From Armatimonadota bacterium (GTDB lineage: Bacteria; Vulcanimicrobiota; JACPDS01; JBDRKI01): a DNA stretch of 14,566 nucleotides. This document shows, one piece after another, positions 1-6,232 of the stretch. The stretch lies in assembly GCA_043814095.1 (NCBI GenBank), contig JBDRKI010000084.1, positions 1 through 14,566 on the forward strand. Reading direction: 5' to 3'. Within the stretch, counting starts at the first letter, position 1. The number at the start of each line of letters is the position of its first letter. A program made the position numbers and the translations under genes. Below the pieces are notes generated by a model. It had not been told where the DNA came from. It searched no databases and worked only from the letters and a program-made list of their open reading frames with translations.

Positions 1-66
1 AGGTTCGCTGTAAGAGAAGGCGGAAGAACGGTAGGAGCCGGTGTTGTAACTTCAATAATTGAATAG
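1..66 (+). CDS. tuf: Elongation factor Tu, C-terminal end (partial)
   Basis: Frame 1 translates to RFAVREGGRTVGAGVVTSIIE*, the conserved EF-Tu C-terminus; stop TAG at 64-66; typical position upstream of rpmG-secE-nusG. Confidence 0.97.
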   Translation, partial: RFAVREGGRTVGAGVVTSIIE

Positions 67-72
67 TTAAGC

Positions 73-119
73 ATCAGGTAAGCGGCGGGCAGTTTAAACT
101 GCCCGGACCGCTTGCCGAT
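73..119 (+). other. Long GC-rich stem-loop between tuf and rpmG
   Basis: Perfect 20-nt palindrome CGGGCAGTTTAAACTGCCCG (86-105), extended by GGTAAGCGG (77-85)/CCGCTTGCC (108-116) and ATC (73-75)/GAT (117-119). No clear U-tract follows; it ends just before the rpmG SD. Confidence 0.7.
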
Positions 120-133
120 TTAAGGAGAAAAAA

Positions 134-298
134 ATGGCTAAAAAGGAAAACAGGATCATAATAACCTTAGCTTGCACAAAATGCAAAAGAAGAAATTACG
201 CTACAACAAAAAACAAACAAAATACAACGGATAGAATTGAACTTAAGAAATACTGTAAGTTCTGTAAATCCACTATAGCTCATAAAGAAGTAAAGTAA
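134..298 (+). CDS. rpmG: 50S ribosomal protein L33 (Zn-binding CxxC form); not in the supplied ORF track
   Basis: SD AAGGAG at 122-127, ATG 134; [54 protein letters not shown] (54 aa) with L33 motifs RNY-TTKNK, R-ELKKYC and two CxxC. Confidence 0.97.
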   Translation: MAKKENRIIITLACTKCKRRNYATTKNKQNTTDRIELKKYCKFCKSTIAHKEVK

Positions 299-309
299 AG
301 GGGCGATTT

Positions 310-516
310 ATGAAAAAACTTTGGGATTCTATGATAAACTACCTTAAAAACGTTAAGGGCGAGATTAAAAGAATCACCTGGCCGACAAAACAGGAATTAA
401 GAGCAGCCACCATTGTTGTAATAATCACTTTAATAATAGTAACCGTCTTTTTATATGTCTCAAATTTCGTGCTAGTCGGTCTCTTTAATAAAATAAATAC
501 TTTTGTAAAAGGATAG
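310..516 (+). CDS. secE: Preprotein translocase subunit SecE (single-TM type)
   Basis: E-KRITWPT-ELR motif followed by one hydrophobic helix; located between rpmG and nusG. Confidence 0.95.
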   Translation: MKKLWDSMINYLKNVKGEIKRITWPTKQELRAATIVVIITLIIVTVFLYVSNFVLVGLFNKINTFVKG

Positions 517-520
517 TCCT

Positions 521-1327
521 ATGTTTGACAATGAAAACGAAAAAACCATGCATCCGGAACAGCCGTCCGAAGAAGCCGTAAGGGAAGTCTTTGCGAGTTT
601 AACTTCCGAAGACCTTCTTGAAGATACCGGTGAAAAAGAAGAGGAAAAAGAGACCTCTGATATACCCGCGGCAAAAGATCAGGAAGCCGGACTTCTCTCC
701 TCGGAGACAGAAACCGAACCAATAGTTGACGGTACCGAAAAAACATCTCTTGAGACCGTTCCCGCGGAAGAAGCTCAGGCCGGAGAACAAAAAGAAGACG
801 GGGAAAAAAACTGGTATGTTATACATACTTACTCCGGCTATGAAAACAAAGTAAAGGACAACCTCTTAAAAAGAATAGAAAGCATGAACATGAGGGACAA
901 AATATTCAAGGTCCTGGTCCCCACAGAAGAAGAGATTGAATACAGGGGCGGCAAAAAAAGATCCGTCCAGAAAAAAATATATCCCGGATACGTACTTGTG
1001 GAAATGATACTCGGCGATGATTCATGGTATGTAGTAAGAAATACTCCCGGGGTCACGGGATTTGTCGGGCCGTCAGTTAAACCCACACCCGTAAGCAAGG
1101 ATGAAATAAAGCAGATCCTGCGCTTAATGGGCATGGAATCCGGCGCGAGAATAAAGATAGCTCTTGAAAAAGGCCAGGGAGTAAAAGTAAAGAGCGGTCC
1201 GTTTAAAGATTTCACGGGACTGGTTGATGAAATATACCCCGAAAGAGAAAAAGTAAAGGTGCTTATATTTATATTCGGCCGCGAAACCCCAGTGGAGCTT
1301 GACTTTAGACAGATAGAGAAATTATAA
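521..1327 (+). CDS. nusG: Transcription termination/antitermination factor NusG with ~95-aa acidic N-terminal extension
   Basis: WYVIHTYSGYENKVK, YPGYVLVEM, VRNTPGVTGFVG, KOW motif SGPFKDFTG, IFGRETPVEL. Confidence 0.97.
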   Translation: MFDNENEKTMHPEQPSEEAVREVFASLTSEDLLEDTGEKEEEKETSDIPAAKDQEAGLLSSETETEPIVDGTEKTSLETVPAEEAQAGEQKEDGEKNWYVIHTYSGYENKVKDNLLKRIESMNMRDKIFKVLVPTEEEIEYRGGKKRSVQKKIYPGYVLVEMILGDDSWYVVRNTPGVTGFVGPSVKPTPVSKDEIKQILRLMGMESGARIKIALEKGQGVKVKSGPFKDFTGLVDEIYPEREKVKVLIFIFGRETPVELDFRQIEKL

Positions 1328-1428
1328 TATATAACCGGCGGACAGCTGATAAGAAGCTTCTCTTTAAGTTTAAATAACTTAAGGCTTATCCTGCAAAGAT
1401 TAACCGCCTATTTTAACGGAGGCAAATT

Positions 1429-1854
1429 ATGGCAAAGAAAGTTAAAGCAATGGTAAAACTGCAGATACCTGCCGGCAAAGCAAACCCGGCGCCGCCCGTC
1501 GGCCCGGCACTTGGCCAGTACGGCTTAAACATTATGGACTTCTGCAAAAAATACAATGAAAAAACGGCGAAAATGGCCGGTGATATTATTCCCGTGGAAA
1601 TTACCATCTACGAAGACAGGACTTTCACCTATATCACCAAAACACCGCCTACATCTTCACTGCTTATAAAAGCGGCCGGAATAGAAAAAGGCTCCGGCGA
1701 GCCGAACAAGACCAAGGTCGCTAAAATTTCAAAAGCGAAAATACGGGAAATAGCGGAGAAAAAAATGCCCGACCTTAACACAACGGATATTGAAGCGGCC
1801 ATGAAAAGCGTGGAAGGCACAGCCAGAAACATGGGAATAGAAGTAACAGGTTAG
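1429..1854 (+). CDS. rplK: 50S ribosomal protein L11
   Basis: [42 protein letters not shown] upstream. Confidence 0.99.
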   Translation: MAKKVKAMVKLQIPAGKANPAPPVGPALGQYGLNIMDFCKKYNEKTAKMAGDIIPVEITIYEDRTFTYITKTPPTSSLLIKAAGIEKGSGEPNKTKVAKISKAKIREIAEKKMPDLNTTDIEAAMKSVEGTARNMGIEVTG

Positions 1855-1896
1855 TGGGAGCTCGTAAAATACGGGCGCTATTTTACCACAAGGAGG
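1854..1896 (+). promoter_or_regulatory. Putative L1-binding translational operator (rRNA mimic) next to the rplA SD
   Basis: GTGG(1854-1857)/CCAC(1886-1889) outer stem, GGGAG-containing asymmetric internal loop, inner stem GCTCGT(1860-1865)/ACGGGC(1871-1876), then AGGAGG. Resembles the GTGGGAG...GCTA..ACCAC element found between rplK and rplA in Firmicutes-type operons. Confidence 0.75.
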
Positions 1897-1905
1897 AAAA
1901 ATAAA

Positions 1906-2613
1906 ATGACAAAATCAAAAAATTACCGCGAGAGTCTGACAAAGATAGACCGTACAAAGCTGTACGATCCTTCGGAAGCCATTGAGCTCCTGAAGCAGTC
2001 AGCAAAAGCAAAATTTGATGAAACCGTAGAAGTTTCATACCGTCTGGGGATTGACCCCAAAAAGACCGATCAGAACGTAAGAGGAACAATCGTGCTTCCT
2101 CACGGAACAGGCAAAGAAGTGCGCATCATAGCATTCGCAAAGGGCGACAAAGCAAAAGAAGCCCAGGATGCCGGTGCCAATGAAGCAGGAGCCGACGACC
2201 TTATAAACAAAATAAAAGGCGGATGGATGGATTTTGATATAGCCGTCGCGTCCCCGGATATGATGGCTGACATAGGTAAAAACTTAGGAAGAATTCTCGG
2301 ACCTAAAATGCCTAACCCTAAAGCGGGAACTGTTACTCCTGATATAGCAAGAGCAGTTAAAGAACTAAAAGCAGGTAAAATCCAGTACAGAAACGATAAG
2401 CAGGGTATCATAAATAACATAGTGGGTAAAGCCTCTTTTGAGAACCAGAAACTCTTAGAAAACCTTCTGACTTTAACAGACGCGATCTTAAGAGCAAAAC
2501 CTGCTTCGGCTAAGGGAATATTCCTGCGCTCGGTAGTAGTTTCATCTACAATGAGCCCGGGCATAAAACTTGATCCGCAGGTATTAACCGCACAGGCCCA
2601 GGGAAAGAAATAA
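1906..2613 (+). CDS. rplA: 50S ribosomal protein L1
   Basis: AKFDETVE, LGIDPKKTDQNVRGTIVLPHGTGK, MPNPKAGTVT, SSTMSPGIK; SD AGGAGG. Confidence 0.99.
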   Translation: MTKSKNYRESLTKIDRTKLYDPSEAIELLKQSAKAKFDETVEVSYRLGIDPKKTDQNVRGTIVLPHGTGKEVRIIAFAKGDKAKEAQDAGANEAGADDLINKIKGGWMDFDIAVASPDMMADIGKNLGRILGPKMPNPKAGTVTPDIARAVKELKAGKIQYRNDKQGIINNIVGKASFENQKLLENLLTLTDAILRAKPASAKGIFLRSVVVSSTMSPGIKLDPQVLTAQAQGKK

Positions 2614-2636
2614 CTTAAAAAACTTACTTATATGTC

Positions 2637-2668
2637 AAAAAAAGCAGGTATAAAATCCTGCTTTTTTT
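2637..2668. terminator. Bidirectional intrinsic terminator between convergent rplA and MEDS gene
   Basis: A7-GCAGG-(TATAAAAT loop)-CCTGC-T7; gives a U-tract on either strand. Confidence 0.85.
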
Positions 2669-2708
2669 ATTACATTTTTTACCGCTCTTAAGGTTTAGGT
2701 CTTTTATT

Positions 2709-3296
2709 TTATATATAATATGTACTCGGTTGAAATTTCGTTCCCGTAACAACCGTGGGGTGCGTTGAATAAACTTTTATAATATCTTTACCCTCAAACT
2801 TGCGTTTATCATACTGGCATAATCCTATACATTTAATATAGGGGAAAGCCCTGTTCAGTTTAGCTTCGTATTCCATAAGACGTTCTGAACCGGGAAGCCC
2901 TTTTAACGCCCAGCTCATCTCTCCGGTAGCTCGCAGGGCTGTATATCCATCACTAAGCGCTTTTTCCGTTTCCGATACCAGTAAACTTATCATTTTGTCG
3001 GGATCAAAAATGCCTTCTTTAAAATAAGATTCACCGATGCTTAATACGGTGAACTGCCCTTTTTTAATGTATTCATAAATATTCTCAAATTCCGTGCCGA
3101 TAAAATAACTTGTTATTTCTTCTTCCGTATGGCTGTCAACTATATAAACCACCTTTTCGCCCCTGCGCAGGCCCTGAACAAGATAATGCTTAAGCAGCTC
3201 TTTATGCTCTTCTTCGGTCTCATAAAGAAAGCTTAAATGATCTCCCGGTTTTATATCATCTATAGAGTATACTCTACGCTTTTTAAAAAACGGCAC
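2709..3296 (-). CDS. Stand-alone MEDS (methanogen/methylotroph DcmR sensory) domain protein
   Basis: GDH-SFLYETEEE, GL-RGEK-VYI, FDPDKMI, GY-ALRATGEMSWAL, L-EYEAKLN, LCQYD-RKF, THP are characteristic MEDS motifs; GTG start with GGGAGG SD. Confidence 0.88.
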   Translation of the reverse strand: MPFFKKRRVYSIDDIKPGDHLSFLYETEEEHKELLKHYLVQGLRRGEKVVYIVDSHTEEEITSYFIGTEFENIYEYIKKGQFTVLSIGESYFKEGIFDPDKMISLLVSETEKALSDGYTALRATGEMSWALKGLPGSERLMEYEAKLNRAFPYIKCIGLCQYDKRKFEGKDIIKVYSTHPTVVTGTKFQPSTYYI

Positions 3297-3313
3297 ACTA
3301 TCCTCCCAATTTA

Positions 3314-3322
3314 ATTATAATA
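3314..3322 (-). promoter_or_regulatory. Possible sigma70-type -10 element for the MEDS gene
   Basis: Minus-strand TATTATAAT (TATAAT at 3319-3314) just upstream of the SD; no recognisable -35, and the context is AT-rich. Confidence 0.3.
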
Positions 3323-3394
3323 CAAAAAACAAGAATAAAATATAGTCCTAAACGAGCATTTTGAAATAAAAAAATATTGCAAAATAAGCGTTTT

Positions 3395-4645
3395 TCAGGA
3401 AAAACTTGCTGCATTCTCCCCTGCAATAAATCCGGTGGAAAAAGCCGCCTGCAGGTTATAACCACCTATATAGCCGTCTATATCCAAAATCTCGCCCGCG
3501 AAATAAAGACCGGAAATAATCCTTGATTCCATTGTTTTGGGATTTACACCGCTTAAGTCTACGCCTCCCTGGGTAACTTCGGCGTAATAAAAACCCATAT
3601 CTTTTTCTATGTTAAACTCAAGACCGGTTAATAATTCCATGAGTTTTTTTCTCTGCTCAGCCGTTATCTGTGAACATATTAAATCCGGATTTACATCCAA
3701 GAGTCTAGTAAATAAAGCTATCATTTTTCCGGGAAGAAGCCCTGCAAGCATATTTTTAAACTGTTTCTTGGAACTCTTAACAAAATCCCTCTGAAGGCGC
3801 GCGTCAAGTTTATCATAACTGAGAGCGGGTTTTAAGTTTATGACTATTTTAATCTTTTTGCCTCCATGCATAAGCTTTACAATCTGCCTGCTTAAATAAA
3901 GTATAATGGGCCCGGAAATCCCGAAATGGGTAAATATAAGGTCGCCGAACTTTTCCGATACTTTTTTATCATCCGCGAAAATATAAGCTTCTACATTTTT
4001 CAAGGTAAGCCCCTGCAGGTCTTTTACCCAGCTTTCTTTTACCTCTAACGGAACAAGTGACGGCAGAAGCGTTGTAACGGGATGACCCAGCTTTTCCGCA
4101 ATTTTAAAACCGTCGCCTGTAGAGCCGGTGCGCGGGTATGAAAGAGCACCCGTTGTCAGTATAACCTTATCCGCCTTATACTCTCCCTTATCTGTTTTTA
4201 CCGTGAAGAAATCTTCATCTTTTACTACATCTTCTACTTTGCGGCTTAAAACTATTTTTACGCCCAGTTTTTGAAGATATTCCGTTAAAATTCTTACAAG
4301 CTCGGGCGCTGATTCAAATTCCGGAAAAATTCTGCCTCCCCTGTCGGTCTTAGTCTTTATCCCTATATCATGGAACAAATCAAGAGTCTCCCGGGGACCG
4401 AACCTGCTTAGTGCGGAATACAAAAACCTTCCTCCCGATGGATAATAATCAATTAATTCCTTAAAATCATCAACCTTATGGGTAATATTGCATCTGCCTC
4501 CGCCCGTTATGCTTAATTTTACGCCTATCTGGTTCATCTTCTCCAGAATAACAACATCCGCGCCTGAAGCTTTCGCCGCGATAGATGCAAAAATACCGGC
4601 GGCTCCCCCTCCTACAATTACAATTGATTTTTTAATGTTATTCAT
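3395..4645 (-). CDS. HI0933/YhiN (BaiN-like) NAD(P)/FAD-dependent oxidoreductase
   Basis: IVGGGAAG, GVKLSITGGGRCNIT, SYPRTGSTGDG, LIFTHFGISGP, VTQGGV, GLYFAGEILDIDGYIGGYNLQAAFSTG. Confidence 0.93.
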   Translation of the reverse strand: MNNIKKSIVIVGGGAAGIFASIAAKASGADVVILEKMNQIGVKLSITGGGRCNITHKVDDFKELIDYYPSGGRFLYSALSRFGPRETLDLFHDIGIKTKTDRGGRIFPEFESAPELVRILTEYLQKLGVKIVLSRKVEDVVKDEDFFTVKTDKGEYKADKVILTTGALSYPRTGSTGDGFKIAEKLGHPVTTLLPSLVPLEVKESWVKDLQGLTLKNVEAYIFADDKKVSEKFGDLIFTHFGISGPIILYLSRQIVKLMHGGKKIKIVINLKPALSYDKLDARLQRDFVKSSKKQFKNMLAGLLPGKMIALFTRLLDVNPDLICSQITAEQRKKLMELLTGLEFNIEKDMGFYYAEVTQGGVDLSGVNPKTMESRIISGLYFAGEILDIDGYIGGYNLQAAFSTGFIAGENAASFS

Positions 4646-4685
4646 AAAAATCCAAATCCCTTAAAAAGTTCCGACGCGGGATAAC

Positions 4686-4718
4686 ATTAAAGGGACAAAA
4701 TAATTTTGTCCCTTTAAT
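4686..4718 (-). terminator. Perfect 15-bp inverted repeat downstream of the che/TCS operon (probable terminator; could be an operator)
   Basis: ATTAAAGGGACAAAA-TAA-TTTTGTCCCTTTAAT, located 26 nt past the stop of the last receiver gene; U-tract weak. Confidence 0.6.
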
Positions 4719-4744
4719 TATAAACCCATCATCATCCTGTATTT

Positions 4745-5131
4745 TTAATTAGTACTTAAACCGGTTTTTACCAGAGATTCTTCAACTACCGATACAAGTT
4801 CCGCGCCGTCAAAAGGCTTTACCATATATTTTTTAACACCCAAATCCTGAGCTTTTTGCAGGTATTCTTTATTTGTTAAAGTAGTAAGGAAAATAACCGG
4901 TATATTTGATGTAGATTTATCCCCTTTTATTCTTTCACAAACCTCAAAACCGTCCATCTCCGGCATCATTATTTCCGTAATTATAAGATCCGGTTTTTTC
5001 TCCTTTACGTGTATTAACGCCTCAAACCCGCTGGAAACGGATGTCACATTAAATCCTTTGGATTCCAGCCTGAATGAAATAAGTGTTGACAGGTCTTTAT
5101 CGCTGTCTACCAGTAAAATTTCTCTTGACAT
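4745..5131 (-). CDS. Single-domain receiver protein, atypical (phosphoacceptor Asp->Glu53)
   Basis: ILLVDSD...KPDLIITEIMMPEMDG...PVIFLT...VKPF; Glu codon GAA at 4975-4973. Confidence 0.9.
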   Translation of the reverse strand: MSREILLVDSDKDLSTLISFRLESKGFNVTSVSSGFEALIHVKEKKPDLIITEIMMPEMDGFEVCERIKGDKSTSNIPVIFLTTLTNKEYLQKAQDLGVKKYMVKPFDGAELVSVVEESLVKTGLSTN

Positions 5132-5140
5132 GCCCCCCCC

Positions 5141-5848
5141 TTAAACCGGCATTTCCATATTAATTGTAAAACCTTCGCCGGATTTCATGACGGCCTCTAT
5201 ACTTCCATTATACAATGTCATGATTTCCCTGACAATAGTCATATCAAGGCCTATCTTCTTTTTCCCGAAAGGGGTCAGAAATTCGGCCGCCAGAAAAGGC
5301 TCAAAAAGACTGGGAATCTCTTCTTCGGGTATAACAGCGCCGGCGCAATTTAAAGAAACGCTTATCTTCCCTTCTTTTAAAGCGGTGTTCAGTTTAATAA
5401 CTGCATCTCTTGGAGAGAATAAAACAAGCTGTTTAAGCGCGTGGTAAAAAGCTTTATAAAGCAGTTCTTCTTCTCCCTTAACAGGCAGTGGATCTTGAGA
5501 AGTGCTTTCCTCTAATGTTATATTTTTTTCTTTCAAGATGCTTTTTGCCTCGTCTTTGGCTTTCTCAATTACGCCTTTAAGTTCCATTTCTTTTTTATCT
5601 AAAAAGCCGGCGAGGCGTTTAGTTATAATTAAATCTGTCGCGTCATTTAAAAGCTCCAGGGTGCTTTTGTACCCTTCATTTATTTTGTCTATATAAATTC
5701 TTTCATCTTCGGTAAAAGACCCTTCTTCTTCCAATAGTATAGACGAATACCCCCCCATAATAGTTAAGCCGGAACGCAGATCATGGAAAAGCTTTAAATA
5801 ATATTCATCATTAAGGATTACAGTATTATCTTTTATAAAATCATTCAT
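5141..5848 (-). CDS. Degenerate histidine kinase-fold protein (HisKA-like DHp with His22 + inactive-looking HATPase); candidate phosphotransferase/pseudokinase
   Basis: H-box FHDLRSGLT; F-box IPEEEIPSLFEPF; C-terminal IVREIMTLYNGSI...GEGFTINMEMP; N, G1 and G2 boxes degenerate; no sensor domain. Confidence 0.82.
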   Translation of the reverse strand: MNDFIKDNTVILNDEYYLKLFHDLRSGLTIMGGYSSILLEEEGSFTEDERIYIDKINEGYKSTLELLNDATDLIITKRLAGFLDKKEMELKGVIEKAKDEAKSILKEKNITLEESTSQDPLPVKGEEELLYKAFYHALKQLVLFSPRDAVIKLNTALKEGKISVSLNCAGAVIPEEEIPSLFEPFLAAEFLTPFGKKKIGLDMTIVREIMTLYNGSIEAVMKSGEGFTINMEMPV

Positions 5849-5861
5849 TTTTACACGCTCT

Positions 5862-6221
5862 TTAGGGCAGTTCTTTGTTTATCTTTTCTATAAGTTCATC
5901 CGGCTCAAACGGCTTTAATACGTAATTATTGCCGAATTCTTCTATGCATTCGGGTTTTTTAAGCGGATCTACCGTGCCGGTAAGAAATACTATAGGCGCA
6001 GTTATATTCTCGCTTCTTAATTTTTTTGCCGTCTGGTAGCCGTCCATCTCAGGCATCATAACATCAAGAAGGATAAGGTCGGGGTTTTCCGCTTTCGCTT
6101 TCTCTATGCCTTCGGCACCGCCAGACGCGGTAACTACTTCAAATCCCTTTGATTTTAACCTGAACGAAACAAGGAATATTAAATCTTCTTCGTCATCAAT
6201 CATCAATATTTTTTTACTCAT
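5862..6221 (-). CDS. Single-domain response regulator (canonical REC)
   Basis: ILMIDDE, PDLILLDVMMPEMDG (Asp53), IVFLT, LKPF; SD GGAGG. Confidence 0.95.
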   Translation of the reverse strand: MSKKILMIDDEEDLIFLVSFRLKSKGFEVVTASGGAEGIEKAKAENPDLILLDVMMPEMDGYQTAKKLRSENITAPIVFLTGTVDPLKKPECIEEFGNNYVLKPFEPDELIEKINKELP

Positions 6222-6232
6222 ATAATCCTCCC

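Noticed and set aside
299-309. tRNA-Trp often found between rpmG and secE
   Set aside because: The spacer is only 11 nt; I saw no tRNA cloverleaf or T-loop motif in any intergenic region of the window.
1348-1390. GATAAG/CTTATC pair resembling the SAM-I riboswitch P1 helix
   Set aside because: The order is reversed relative to SAM-I (CTTATC...GATAAG) on both strands, core motifs are absent and the gene context is unrelated.
5141-5848. Calling the degenerate kinase a pseudogene
   Set aside because: No frameshift or internal stop, tight operon spacing, retained His and F-box, and selective loss of ATP-binding residues fit a functional non-catalytic protein better.
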